Origin: Candidatus Vogelbacteria bacterium
Lineage (GTDB): Bacteria; Patescibacteriota; Minisyncoccia; Phycocordibacterales; XYD1-FULL-46-19
DNA length: 42,985 nt
NCBI GenBank assembly: GCA_903864935.1
Contig: CAIPHT010000014.1
Location: 1 to 42,985, forward strand
Direction of reading: 5' to 3'
Both the position numbers and the translations under genes were made by a program. The notes beneath the pieces are model-generated. The model worked only from the letters and a program-made list of their open reading frames with translations, was not told the DNA's origin and ran no database searches. Shown here piece by piece: positions 27,066-37,322 of this stretch (its first letter is position 1; each line of letters begins with the position of its first letter).

Positions 27066-28210
27066 ATTATCCTTAGTAAGTTGTCGATAGCTTCTTTTGC
27101 ATCCTCCACGCTTATTCCCTTTATACAGGGGGCCGGTTCGTCTGCTTTTAGATTTTTACTGCATAGCCAATTATCATTCAAGCACTTCATCTCTTTGTTG
27201 TAAATGATTAAGTTTTTTGTTAAATCCCCGTAAGGGAAAAATCGTTTAAAATGACCTCCTCCCATAAGACATATTGCTGGGGTTCCGGCGGCGGCCGCTA
27301 AGTGGAGAATCCCAGTATCGCTTCCAAAATAAAACCTAGATTTTGAAAGAAGGCCGAGCAATGATCCAATGCTAGTTTGACCGGCTAAATTTATAAAAGA
27401 GTCTTTGCCCGCGAGCTGTTTGGTAATGCTAGATATTACTGAAAGGTCGTCCTTCGTTCCGCAGATCACCGGGGTAATCTCTTTTTGTTTGAGATAATTG
27501 ATAACCTCGACATACTTGTTAGTGGGCCAAACTTTATAAGCTTGTCCCGCCCCGGGGAAGATTACACAAAATCTTTTTTTTGTTAGATCGTTCTCCTTAA
27601 TTATTGCTTCGGCTTGGTCCAAGTCATCTCGCTCAGGTTTGATTGTAGGGAAAGATATTTCGTTAATTGATGCCCCGAGAGATTTAATAAAAAAGATATT
27701 CCTTTCGAACTCGGTAGTGGCATTTTCGGGCACTTTTATAAGTTTGGTGTAGACCTTTTCTGAATGTTTTTCTTTTTTAGTATAAGAATAGTCTCCGTCA
27801 AAACCGATTTTTGTCTTTGCTCGACTAGCTGAGACAATTGCATCACCGATTACTTCTGGCGAAAATACGGGGTAGATTACTGTTTCGTACCCGTGTTTTA
27901 CGATATCTAGGATAAAACGTCGGCGATAAAGGAAATTCTTTGAGAACCTCTTGTTATCTAGAATGACAAATTTATCTATACCTTGAATCTTGGGGATTAA
28001 TTCTTGGGCAATCTTACTGACAACCAAGCTTATCTCGTGGTTAGGGAAGACCTCTCGGTAGTGCTTTAAGACAGGTAAGAAAATAATGTAATCGCCCAAC
28101 CCGTCTTTGCGAAAAATTAGCAGTCTCTTGATATCTGATTTTTCTTGTCTTGCAAAACCGGACTCAAAGTTAATCCAGCTATCAATAACGTTTTTTAAGA
28201 TTGATCTCAT
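27062..28210 (-). CDS. GT9 (heptosyltransferase-like) glycosyltransferase
   Basis: RKDGLGDYI, FPGAG..YKVWP and GSDTGILHLAAAAGTP motifs. Confidence 0.88.
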   Translation of the reverse strand: MRSILKNVIDSWINFESGFARQEKSDIKRLLIFRKDGLGDYIIFLPVLKHYREVFPNHEISLVVSKIAQELIPKIQGIDKFVILDNKRFSKNFLYRRRFILDIVKHGYETVIYPVFSPEVIGDAIVSASRAKTKIGFDGDYSYTKKEKHSEKVYTKLIKVPENATTEFERNIFFIKSLGASINEISFPTIKPERDDLDQAEAIIKENDLTKKRFCVIFPGAGQAYKVWPTNKYVEVINYLKQKEITPVICGTKDDLSVISSITKQLAGKDSFINLAGQTSIGSLLGLLSKSRFYFGSDTGILHLAAAAGTPAICLMGGGHFKRFFPYGDLTKNLIIYNKEMKCLNDNWLCSKNLKADEPAPCIKGISVEDAKEAIDNLLRII

Positions 28211-28211
28211 C

Positions 28212-28931
28212 TTACTTGGCCAAAACTTTTAATTCAAATGAGTATACTTCTGGGCTTGGTTTGTGGTATGAGCTGGCGGTAACTTTATTCCAGAATTTTT
28301 TATTGAGCTTGTAGATTTTGAGGAAGATTTTTTTAATTATTCTGGCTATCGGGGAATGACGGGCCAGGTCAGCTGGGTCAAGAAATTCTATTGTGTCGAA
28401 TCCCGCTGATCTTAGGACATAGATTAGACTGCCAGAAGTAAAGATTGTCGTATGAGTAAAATCTTCAAACATCCAGTATGACCCCGTGTTTGATTGAGCG
28501 TTTGGTGTGGTTAGATATAGTGCGCCCGTTGCTGTTAAAGTGTTTTTGATTTCTGTTAGGGTTTTAATGATTTCTTCTTTGTTAATATGTTCAATGACGT
28601 GAGTCATAATGATGAAGTCGTATTTTTTAGTATTCTTGCTAAAGAAGTCTTCAAGGGACGATATCTGTTCAACGTTTAGATTAATATTGTGGCAATGCAA
28701 GATGGCTTCATCTGAAATATCAATTCCTGACAGATTTGTGTAACCGAGAGACCTTAGATTATCTAGAACATGACCAAAACCACAACCAACATCGAGGATT
28801 GCCGCCCCTTTGTCTTCTGGCAAAATTGACAGCAGGTAGGGGGGTATCTTGTATCTCATCATAGATTCAGCTCCGATATTTCTATTAGCGAAGTATTTTT
28901 TATTTTGTATGCTACGGTTTAGGTTGTTCAT
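28212..28931 (-). CDS. Class I SAM-dependent methyltransferase
   Basis: ILDVGCGFG, GIDIS, HVIEH, TTPN and DFTH motifs. Confidence 0.88.
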   Translation of the reverse strand: MNNLNRSIQNKKYFANRNIGAESMMRYKIPPYLLSILPEDKGAAILDVGCGFGHVLDNLRSLGYTNLSGIDISDEAILHCHNINLNVEQISSLEDFFSKNTKKYDFIIMTHVIEHINKEEIIKTLTEIKNTLTATGALYLTTPNAQSNTGSYWMFEDFTHTTIFTSGSLIYVLRSAGFDTIEFLDPADLARHSPIARIIKKIFLKIYKLNKKFWNKVTASSYHKPSPEVYSFELKVLAK

Positions 28932-29698
28932 ATTTTTGAGGCTAAATATTTGCTATCTGAGCTCGTTTTGCTTATTAATATTTTTTTTATAATGAGATCC
29001 AGCTGAAGCCGGGAAAGCAATAGTATTAATGTGAATAACCAGTTAGGGATTTTTTTCTCAGTTAGTAAGTGTATATTTTTGCCATCTGAGCAGAGGTTTT
29101 TATTGAATTTTTTTGCTAAAAATTTTAGTGTCTCTGGAGAATAAAAAGAAATATGTTGACCGTGTTCGATTCCGTAATACTCCCAATTATCGTCAGGTAC
29201 TTCTTTTGGAAGAAGTCGAGTTGAAAAAAGAATATTTGAAGAAATTTTAAACATATCACCAATCTCTTCGAGGGGTGACAGCAAATGTTCAAAACACTCA
29301 AAGCAAGAAATGGCCTCTATATTTTCTCTGTCCTCGTAATCAAAGCCTTGGGCAAATAAGTTTGGAGTATATTTGTCATGATGTCGGAAATCTAGACCGT
29401 AATCACGCATTAGTCTCGTTAACACGCCGTAGCCTCCCGCGTAGTCTAAGTAGGTGTTTTTTCTCCCAAAAAGAGAAGTGAACAGAAGCAGTGTTTTTTT
29501 GGATAAATAGACGTTTCTTGATATGTAGCCCGTGTCACTGACATTTATCGGCTTCTCGTAAGCTTCTTCGAGCCAGGTTGGATTCTCTATAAACATGAAA
29601 CTGCAATCGCTACACTTCTCATAGCGGGCCTCATATTTACCCCTAATAACTGATTCTTTGACTATTTTTGCTTCTTTTCCACAGATTTTACATTTCAT
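28928..29698 (-). CDS. Class I SAM-dependent methyltransferase with an N-terminal CxxC-x-CxxC zinc-ribbon-like motif
   Basis: CKIC...CSDC, LDYAGGYG, FECFEH and GQHISFY motifs. Confidence 0.85.
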   Translation of the reverse strand: MKCKICGKEAKIVKESVIRGKYEARYEKCSDCSFMFIENPTWLEEAYEKPINVSDTGYISRNVYLSKKTLLLFTSLFGRKNTYLDYAGGYGVLTRLMRDYGLDFRHHDKYTPNLFAQGFDYEDRENIEAISCFECFEHLLSPLEEIGDMFKISSNILFSTRLLPKEVPDDNWEYYGIEHGQHISFYSPETLKFLAKKFNKNLCSDGKNIHLLTEKKIPNWLFTLILLLSRLQLDLIIKKILISKTSSDSKYLASKI

Positions 29699-30618
29699 AT
29701 TCCTAATATTTTTCTAATCCTCAGTCTTATCTTATCAGATGTGCTTACTAAGTAAACTTTTTTAAAGAGCCGAGAATCTGCCTCTTTGTTCACAATTGTT
29801 TCTATGGGGTGAGTTATTTTACTTAAGGGACTAGATTTTTGTCCCAATTTGCTACTTTTTTCGTTTGTGTGAGTAGAATTGTTTCCGAATCCTATGTTTT
29901 CGACCAAGTTAATATTGGGAGTTATCGCTATCCCTGACGCATTCATTATTGAATATGCCCATTGGGCATCCCAGGTATCTATTTTTTTATCTCTAACGTG
30001 CAAGAAGAGGGAATTTAAAAAGCGAGACATTCTCCTATCTTCAAATAATGCGTAAGCTTTATTGGAGGTGACGAGTTTTTCAAGACCTCTCATTTCGATG
30101 TCGTATTTCTTCCAGGCCCTTCTCCATGTCGCCCAGCCCCAAATGTGTGGGAAATGTGAAAAGTAGTAACTTCCTTGGCCAAATTGTTCCCCGAACTGGA
30201 GATTTAAACCACTTATGTGCATTATCCTCCCCTCATCTCTGTATCTCTCAAGTAACTCCTGGCAGAAAAGAAAGAAACTTTGGTTGGGTAAACAGTCATC
30301 TTCTAGAATTATACCCTCTTCAACATTTTGGAAAAACCAACTAATTGCCGAACTGACGCTATCTTTACAGCCAAGGTTTTTTTCTCTGAATAAGGTTTTA
30401 GTTTCGCAAGGCCAGTCTATCTCAGTGGCGACCTCTCTGGCCTCTTGGCAGAGTTTACCTTCTTCTGGTTTTGAGCTCCTTGGGCCATCCGCGGCGATAA
30501 AGAGCCTGGCTGGTTTTATTGATCTTATTGCTTCAAAAACGCGACGAGTTGTCTCGGGTCGGTTAAAAATAATAAAAAGAATTGGCACTTGATAAGATTG
30601 TGGGGATTCGATGTTCAT
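29695..30618 (-). CDS. Nucleotide-diphospho-sugar transferase (HlpA-like GT-A)
   Basis: PILFIIFNRP, AADGPR, NLGC, ILEDDC, WGWATWRRAW, WDAQW and NIGFG motifs. Confidence 0.85.
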   Translation of the reverse strand: MNIESPQSYQVPILFIIFNRPETTRRVFEAIRSIKPARLFIAADGPRSSKPEEGKLCQEAREVATEIDWPCETKTLFREKNLGCKDSVSSAISWFFQNVEEGIILEDDCLPNQSFFLFCQELLERYRDEGRIMHISGLNLQFGEQFGQGSYYFSHFPHIWGWATWRRAWKKYDIEMRGLEKLVTSNKAYALFEDRRMSRFLNSLFLHVRDKKIDTWDAQWAYSIMNASGIAITPNINLVENIGFGNNSTHTNEKSSKLGQKSSPLSKITHPIETIVNKEADSRLFKKVYLVSTSDKIRLRIRKILGI

Positions 30619-32546
30619 TATTGTTTACTGCAAAACAAATAATAATTATCTTTAGTATAAGCGGTTTCTTTATTGTAGATAGTCTGATAGTTATGGCTGG
30701 TATTTTTTATTTCTTCCGCATAAGAGAAGCTGGCATTTGATTTTTGATAGGCGAGGAGTAGATACTTGGCCTTAAAATAATCAAATTCTTTGATTAAGTC
30801 CTGCATGTTTTTATTTGACTCAGATAAGGCCCAGGTGCTGATAAAGAGATCGCAATTTATGACAGGGCCAATTGATTTGATTGTTTCTTTGTCGAGGGGG
30901 ATAATATTTATTTTCCCAGCTTTGACTATTGGATTTTCTCTGCTCACTAAATTAACAGTCGCTCTTCCCAGTATGGTCTTAAGATAAACTATTTGGATAA
31001 AAGAGAAGATGGGGATATCTATTATCGTGTAAGTTACCTCATTGTTAAGTTTTTTAAATAATTTGGCCATATTGCCATACCCGCCACCAACTTCTACAAT
31101 CGTCTTAAAATCAGAGGCCTTGGTTTTTGTTTCTTCAAAAAACTTAATGAGGTGGTAGAGATGGTGGATATTATTACCCGAAGAAATATACTCAATGTCA
31201 TTAAGGAGAGGTTTGCCAATCTTATATTCACGAAGAATCTCTCTTGCTTGGTTTCTAGTAAGATACTTGGCAATAAGAGATTTTTGAATATTTCGCCACG
31301 GCTTAAAAGTATACATAAACATCGTGTTTTTTATCACGGGGTTGTTTAGAAAAGAAAAAGAAAATTTATTGAGAAAATACTCTTCAATCGCTAGCATATT
31401 TTGGTTCCAGTCTGGCATGACAAAATCTGTGAAATCATAATTTCCCTTGGTTTCTAGATAAACCTTCTTGGTCTCCTGGTAAACATTCCAGAAATCTCTT
31501 CGGTTGATTCTTTTGGTAAGGGGGGAGAGGAGTGCCGAATAACCATAACGGTAGGCCTTAGCTCCGAAGGAATTTATTTTTGATTTTATTTTTTTTAACA
31601 TATTTTTTAATTTATGTTTGATTCTTAAATAATAACCGAAGAAACTATTTCTCTTGATATAGATCGCCGGGGGAAAAACAATGGGGAGGGGAGGATGATC
31701 TTTACCTAAAGTTTCAATAAAATTGGGTTTTAATGTGTTGCCCATATTTATTAATTCCTCCATGATGTTCCTGGTAAAATCTTGGTAGTCAAAATTGGTT
31801 ATAAAATCAAGAGCTTCTTTGGTAAAAACATAATAATGTTTAATGAGAATGTCTCGCCAATTATAATTCGTTTTGCCATTATTATATTCTCGTAAATAAT
31901 ACGATTCGTTGAAGTTTATGCGATGCAAATATTCAGCTTCAGGACAAGTGTAGGCCTTGAGACCAGCGCCTAAAAAATTCCAGGCAAAACCTTGGGTGTC
32001 ATAACCGTGGTCTGTGGGGTAGCCTCCCGCTTTGTCGAAAGCTTCTCTGGTATACATAAAATTAACATAGAGAGGGAAGAAGCCTTGGTTGGGAGTGAGA
32101 AGTGTCGCTAGTCCAATCTCTTGTCCGGGATAGAGTGAAGTGTCGACATGGTGAATATTTTTTATATTATTACCGCTAAATTTTATTGAACGATGAATTG
32201 ATACTCCGTCACACTTTTTCTCTTCGAGAAAGCCTACCATCTTCTCGAGTGTCCCCTTGGGCAAGAGGTCATCGCTGTCTAGACAAAAAATAATCTCACC
32301 CGTGGAGTTTTGGACCGCGGTGTTTCGAGTTGCTCCACCCCCCTTATTTTCTTCATGGCGGAAGGTTTTGATATTAGGGTGTTGTTTTTCTAGTTGTGTG
32401 ATTAGAGTAGGGCTATTGTCGGTTGAGCAGTCGTCTACGATAACAACTTCAAAAGGGAAGCTTAAATTTTGTTGGTAAAGAGAAGTTACCGCTTCTTCAA
32501 GAGTTTGAGCGCAATTGTAGCAGGGAATAATAACTGACAGTTTCAT
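30618..32546 (-). CDS. GT2 glycosyltransferase fused to a putative sugar O-methyltransferase
   Basis: N-terminal SVIIPCYN, VDDCSTD and LDSDD; C-terminal IVEVGGGYGNMA, IIDIP and ISTWALSE. Confidence 0.82.
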   Translation of the reverse strand: MKLSVIIPCYNCAQTLEEAVTSLYQQNLSFPFEVVIVDDCSTDNSPTLITQLEKQHPNIKTFRHEENKGGGATRNTAVQNSTGEIIFCLDSDDLLPKGTLEKMVGFLEEKKCDGVSIHRSIKFSGNNIKNIHHVDTSLYPGQEIGLATLLTPNQGFFPLYVNFMYTREAFDKAGGYPTDHGYDTQGFAWNFLGAGLKAYTCPEAEYLHRINFNESYYLREYNNGKTNYNWRDILIKHYYVFTKEALDFITNFDYQDFTRNIMEELINMGNTLKPNFIETLGKDHPPLPIVFPPAIYIKRNSFFGYYLRIKHKLKNMLKKIKSKINSFGAKAYRYGYSALLSPLTKRINRRDFWNVYQETKKVYLETKGNYDFTDFVMPDWNQNMLAIEEYFLNKFSFSFLNNPVIKNTMFMYTFKPWRNIQKSLIAKYLTRNQAREILREYKIGKPLLNDIEYISSGNNIHHLYHLIKFFEETKTKASDFKTIVEVGGGYGNMAKLFKKLNNEVTYTIIDIPIFSFIQIVYLKTILGRATVNLVSRENPIVKAGKINIIPLDKETIKSIGPVINCDLFISTWALSESNKNMQDLIKEFDYFKAKYLLLAYQKSNASFSYAEEIKNTSHNYQTIYNKETAYTKDNYYLFCSKQ

Positions 32547-32547
32547 T

Positions 32548-33186
32548 TTATCTTGCGGGTTCGATAACCATCATATCCCGAATAATTTTGAAGGAAAAGC
32601 GCTCTTGTTTGGCCACTAGCTCGCGGATCTCCTTAATCGTTGGGTAGTCGTGAGTGCCATCAAAACAACGAGCATCATCAATCATAATAACGTCTTTTTT
32701 ATTTTTTCTGGCAAATATGGTTAGCAGTTCTTTGACGATGGGTGTCTCTATTGCCGCTTTGGCGGTGCCCTCGCCTGAATAGTGGGCATCAAGCCAGAAG
32801 AAGACGGGTTCAGTAATCTGAGGCAATAACTCAATGAGTTTTTCTCCACTGTCACCGTGAATGATGGTTATGTTTTTGTCATCGGCAAACATTTTTTTAG
32901 CATTCTCGTAAAGTTCATCAAAGAGTTCAATTGAGATAATTTTAGAGAATGTTCGACGAACGGCTTTAACCATTAGGCCCCCGGCCGTGCCTGTCTCAAT
33001 AAAGGTTTTTAAGCCATGCTTTTTGCCTAAGCGGCGAATGATTCTGTGTTTGATTGGATCGGGGGCTGGATCTGGACGGCCCGCTAAGTACCATTTAATA
33101 TTGATGTTTGTTTGTCTCACTTTTCTGACAATAGTTTGAGGAATTATCGCCTTTAAAAAGGCTCTTATTTTTTTATACATATTCAC
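32548..33186 (-). CDS. Methyltransferase-fold protein
   Basis: FIETGT..G, SIEL, HGDS, FWLDAHYSG and IDDAR motifs. Confidence 0.72.
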   Translation of the reverse strand: MNMYKKIRAFLKAIIPQTIVRKVRQTNINIKWYLAGRPDPAPDPIKHRIIRRLGKKHGLKTFIETGTAGGLMVKAVRRTFSKIISIELFDELYENAKKMFADDKNITIIHGDSGEKLIELLPQITEPVFFWLDAHYSGEGTAKAAIETPIVKELLTIFARKNKKDVIMIDDARCFDGTHDYPTIKEIRELVAKQERFSFKIIRDMMVIEPAR

Positions 33187-33194
33187 AATACTAC

Positions 33195-34055
33195 TTAAAA
33201 ATTTTTAATCTGGCAAACTATTTTTTGGGCCAGTTCTTGAGGACTTATCTCTCGGATATTGATGCGGGGAATAATAAAATTATCTCTTGTCTTTGTGGCG
33301 AGAAATCCAGTATTAGTATAGGCAAAATCAAAGCCGGATTCTTTTACTATCCCTTTCGTTGTTTTATTAAAATCATAAGTTCCTCCAAAGGGATAGGCAA
33401 AAGTTTTTATTTCTTTTCCCGTTATCTCTTCTAATTTATTTTTGCTGTTTAATATTTCTTTTTTTTGCTCTTCTTGTTTAAGATTGGCTAGATTTGGGTG
33501 TGTCTCAGTGTGAGCTCCAATGTCAATAAGAGGATGCTTGGCCAGGGTCCTTATCTCCTCTTCAGTTAGGAAAAAGGCTCGGTCATCTTCTGGGTACTTC
33601 TTGTCCCAATCAAAATTAGCTTTTTCTCCAATATGACCAGTGGTGATAAAAATCGTCGCTGGTAGATTATATTTCTCAAGCAAAGGGAGCGCCTTTGTTA
33701 AATTGTCTTGGTAACCGTCGTCAAAGGTAATGGCCATCTCGTTTCCCTTAATTTTGCCGTTTGCTAACCTCTGACTTAATTCTCTAAGTGAGATAATGTC
33801 ATAATTTTTTTTGAGAAACACAAGATGTCTTTCAAAGTGCTCTGGGCTGACACACAACATCAGAGGATCTTGGGTTGGTGTAGCAATGCGATGATAAAGT
33901 AAGATTGGCGCTGTGCGGTAGAATTTTTTAGACAATAAATTAGTCACATTCACCTTTAATTCTAAAAGCAAAAAGAATAAGTGATGAGCTTGTTTGTAAA
34001 AGCCAAGAGCCTGGAGCGGCCTTTTAAAATATTTTTTTAAAAAATCTTTTATCAT
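33195..34055 (-). CDS. Polysaccharide deacetylase (CE4/NodB-like)
   Basis: ILLYHRI, ITFDDGY, ATIFI, GAHTETHP, FAYPFG and IPRI motifs. Confidence 0.9.
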   Translation of the reverse strand: MIKDFLKKYFKRPLQALGFYKQAHHLFFLLLELKVNVTNLLSKKFYRTAPILLYHRIATPTQDPLMLCVSPEHFERHLVFLKKNYDIISLRELSQRLANGKIKGNEMAITFDDGYQDNLTKALPLLEKYNLPATIFITTGHIGEKANFDWDKKYPEDDRAFFLTEEEIRTLAKHPLIDIGAHTETHPNLANLKQEEQKKEILNSKNKLEEITGKEIKTFAYPFGGTYDFNKTTKGIVKESGFDFAYTNTGFLATKTRDNFIIPRINIREISPQELAQKIVCQIKNF

Positions 34056-34753
34056 TTCTGAGCTTTAACTGTAATAATTAAAGGGAAGTTAGGGTCATTA
34101 TCTTTTAGAGTTTTTGTCGAGGCGTCTTCTTGGGCCAGACCAGCGTAGAAATATAGACCAGAACGCACGTTGCCAAAAGATTTAATTTCTGTTTGTTCTG
34201 GTTTAAATTTTTTGCTAAATAAATATGAAGCTGAAGCGACCGTAAAGCGCCAAAAATCGCCACCAACTCCGGAGATTGGGTCAACTCGGCTTAGTGAGGG
34301 GAGGGTTGCAAGAATTACACCGCCTGGTTTAAGTACTCGATAACATTCTGATATCACGGCTGGGACGTCGTCGATGAATTGTAGGACTTGAGTCAGGATG
34401 AGGCAGTCATAGGTATTATCAGCGACACTCGACAAATTTCTTAAATCATCAATAATTGTTGCGTTTTTGTTGGAACTGTCGATATCTAAGATGCCACTTT
34501 TGATGACATTTGTTCCACCATATTTGATTGTGTAATCATTGTTTAGTAACTCAAGACAAACCCCTTTGATGAGCCCCTTGTTTCCTTCGAGAAAATTTTC
34601 GATATAAAAGCGGTCAAGAGGTGCCCCGCGGTCGAAGCCATGATAAGCGCTAAGTGGCTCAGTGCGATGGCTAAGAAAGTATAAAAACTTAGGCTTTAAT
34701 ATCCGCCGGATAAATTTCTTGGTGCTATCAGAAAGTGGTATTTTATTGTTCAT
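34052..34753 (-). CDS. Class I SAM-dependent methyltransferase
   Basis: GFDRGAPLDRFYIE, DCLILTQVLQFI, RVLKPGG and DFWRFT motifs. Confidence 0.82.
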   Translation of the reverse strand: MNNKIPLSDSTKKFIRRILKPKFLYFLSHRTEPLSAYHGFDRGAPLDRFYIENFLEGNKGLIKGVCLELLNNDYTIKYGGTNVIKSGILDIDSSNKNATIIDDLRNLSSVADNTYDCLILTQVLQFIDDVPAVISECYRVLKPGGVILATLPSLSRVDPISGVGGDFWRFTVASASYLFSKKFKPEQTEIKSFGNVRSGLYFYAGLAQEDASTKTLKDNDPNFPLIITVKAQK

Positions 34754-35525
34754 TATTTTTTATAAATAAAGCATCATTTTCCCCAATTTGTTCAAGGAGT
34801 TTATAGCCTTGGGGAATTAAGAAGTCAGAAATTTTTTGAAGCTTAGCATTATTTTGTATTTCTACTAATATATAAGCAGGTGAATTCTTGGAGAAATCTA
34901 AACCTTGAAGAACCTCCAGTTCGTAACCTTCAACATCGGCGATGAATAAGTCAATTGCCACTTTCCCTTTGGCTAAGGCTTGCTCGTCAATGATAGATTG
35001 AATTGTCTTGGCTGGGACAATAATTTCACGGCATTTTATATCTTGGCAGGATTCACTGGCCTTTATCCAGCTAGAGCTATCTTCAATGCTACCCTTAACA
35101 AAAGACATGGCACTGCAGTCAATAAACGAAACAGTTTTTTCTGGATAAGCAAAAGAGACACAAGCGCTCTGGACAACCTCCGACCTTCGGCGATTTTTTT
35201 GACAAATTTTACTTAGAGGAGGAAGGGGCTCGGCAATAATTCCTCTCCAGCCTTTAAATTTTTCGAGATAATAACTGGGGTCATTGCTATAGCCTTCGTG
35301 CCCGCCACATTGAACGAAGAAGCCGTTATTTTTATTTACATATTTTAATAAAGCTTCGTGGCCGGAATATGGGTGAGAATATTTCTCTGAACCAAAAAAT
35401 TCATACAAATCTCTTTGGTAGGGGACGAGCTTGCTCTTTAAAAAGGGGATAATTTTGTTGGCATTCCCCTTGGGGTTTGAGATAAGCTTTCTTATTTTTT
35501 GGATATTTGTCTCGTGGTAGGCCAT
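34743..35525 (-). CDS. FkbM-family methyltransferase
   Basis: GFFVQCGGHEG..N, WRGIIAEP, DVEGYELEVLQG and YILVE motifs. Confidence 0.85.
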   Translation of the reverse strand: MAYHETNIQKIRKLISNPKGNANKIIPFLKSKLVPYQRDLYEFFGSEKYSHPYSGHEALLKYVNKNNGFFVQCGGHEGYSNDPSYYLEKFKGWRGIIAEPLPPLSKICQKNRRRSEVVQSACVSFAYPEKTVSFIDCSAMSFVKGSIEDSSSWIKASESCQDIKCREIIVPAKTIQSIIDEQALAKGKVAIDLFIADVEGYELEVLQGLDFSKNSPAYILVEIQNNAKLQKISDFLIPQGYKLLEQIGENDALFIKNNEQ

Positions 35526-35527
35526 AT

Positions 35528-36502
35528 TTATTTTGAAATAATTTTTTTAACTAGTTTTGTTATTTTTAATTTTACTAGGATCTTTATAATAAAATGAATT
35601 ACTCGCTCGCTTTTTCTTGTACTTCCTTTGCCCACGTTGCGGTAAAATTCTCTTAGCAATTTTGTTGCTTCTAGATTCTCTTCTATATTATCTTCAAAAA
35701 TTATCTCTCTTTCTTTCTCAAGATTTAACTCAAAAGGGTTTTTTCCAGATAATTTGTTTAGAATTGTAAAATGAGTCCCGTTAAACAAGCCATTGTTCTT
35801 GATTAGGGGATAAGGGGAATTAACGGCTAAACCATTATTTATAATAATTGCGATATTCCAACAAATGTCCCAAGGAATGGGTTTGGCCTTTAAGCTACCC
35901 AGACACTTAAAAACTCCACCCATCTCAATCTTATCTTTTTGTTCGGGCGAAAGAAGAGAGAGGCCTTCTTCTTCATTTTGGAACCAGGTGAATTTGTCCC
36001 AACGATTTCTCCAGGTACCCCAACCCCCACCGGTATTTTCTGAATAAGTGGTAAAGAAGGTCTTGTTGTTGCTAGGGGCTTTGATAAAAGTAAAGGTCGC
36101 GATATGCATCACTTTGTCTTTGTATTCGTAAAAATCGAGAGCATCGTTCATAAAGTTGAGGAAATTAGGGGCGGACACACCGTCGTCCTCTAAGACAATA
36201 ATTTTACCAAACTTGTTTATTATTTCGGTTACACCATCGGTGATGTTCTTCTCGATATAAAAATTTTCTGGACGCTCAATAATATTAAAAGATTTGAAGC
36301 CTGTTACTGTTTTGAGATATTGGCGGACCTCAGCCACCTTTCTTTCATTGGCGGGATTTTTAAGGATATTTGGTCCATCAGAAAAAACAAAAACATCGGT
36401 GTCTTTGGCCAAATAATTTTTCTGCAAAGCCTCAATAACCCCTCGAGTATTAGCTAGTCGATTGTAGACGAAGATGGCAACCGGGGCTAAATTCTTATCC
36501 AT
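35528..36502 (-). CDS. GT-A glycosyltransferase (sugar transferase)
   Basis: APVAIFVYNR, FSDGP, IVLEDD, WGTWRNRW and WDICW motifs. Confidence 0.85.
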   Translation of the reverse strand: MDKNLAPVAIFVYNRLANTRGVIEALQKNYLAKDTDVFVFSDGPNILKNPANERKVAEVRQYLKTVTGFKSFNIIERPENFYIEKNITDGVTEIINKFGKIIVLEDDGVSAPNFLNFMNDALDFYEYKDKVMHIATFTFIKAPSNNKTFFTTYSENTGGGWGTWRNRWDKFTWFQNEEEGLSLLSPEQKDKIEMGGVFKCLGSLKAKPIPWDICWNIAIIINNGLAVNSPYPLIKNNGLFNGTHFTILNKLSGKNPFELNLEKEREIIFEDNIEENLEATKLLREFYRNVGKGSTRKSERVIHFIIKILVKLKITKLVKKIISK

Positions 36503-36511
36503 ATTAATGAA

Positions 36512-37318
36512 TTATTGTATTTTTTTATCTTTAGCAGCTAATTCTCTTTCAAATCTACAAGGGGTATTGAATAATACTGCTTTGCAACTGAAGACACGCT
36601 TTTCTGGTGGTGGCGGTGTTAGGTAATTACCACCGTACATAAGAGATAGGTATTCGTGTGCTTTGTTTGGGGCTGGGTATAATTTGCCCTCAAATTCGAT
36701 CTCCTTTAAGGGGTAAATAAGAGATTGGGGGATGGTGTAGAAATACCAATTATCTTCGACCGTCTGACCAACCTTGTCACTTTTGATAGGGGATAAGACT
36801 AGCCAGATAAATTTACATAGATAATAAATAATGTAATTTAGAAAGATTTTTTTCTTTAAAACGTAGATGTTCCCATAGGAACGGCCAGTGATGTATAGGA
36901 GCCCCTTCCTTAACAAGTCTGGCATTTTGGGATAATTAGCCGAGGGAAAGATATCCATATAGATGCCTTGATGGTGATTTTCTTCGTCTGTCTCAGCTGG
37001 ATGAATAAAAGTAGAATTGCGATTACATAGTTTTGTAAAATTTTGATGATAGTTTTTGTCTGTTTTGGGTGTCTGTAAAAAGATATTTTTAGGTAATTCT
37101 TTTGGTGCAATTTCTAAAAACTTTTTATAGTCAGTCATTGGCATTGAGACATCAACGTCGTCGTCCCAAGGGATAAATCCTTTTTGCCTGACAGCTCCCA
37201 AAAAGGCTCCAAAATCTAGCCAGTAGACTAATTTGTGCTTGTCGCAAAGAGCCTTAAAATCGTCCAGAAGACGTATTTGAATCTCTCTCAATTTGGTCAT
37301 GTCTTGCTCCGTTACCAT
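36512..37318 (-). CDS. LicD-family phosphotransferase
   Basis: GAFLGAVRQKGFIPWDDDVDV, YMDIFP, FEG...PAP and YLSLMYG motifs. ATG 37318 preferred. Confidence 0.9.
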   Translation of the reverse strand: MVTEQDMTKLREIQIRLLDDFKALCDKHKLVYWLDFGAFLGAVRQKGFIPWDDDVDVSMPMTDYKKFLEIAPKELPKNIFLQTPKTDKNYHQNFTKLCNRNSTFIHPAETDEENHHQGIYMDIFPSANYPKMPDLLRKGLLYITGRSYGNIYVLKKKIFLNYIIYYLCKFIWLVLSPIKSDKVGQTVEDNWYFYTIPQSLIYPLKEIEFEGKLYPAPNKAHEYLSLMYGGNYLTPPPPEKRVFSCKAVLFNTPCRFERELAAKDKKIQ

Positions 37319-37322
37319 TTTC

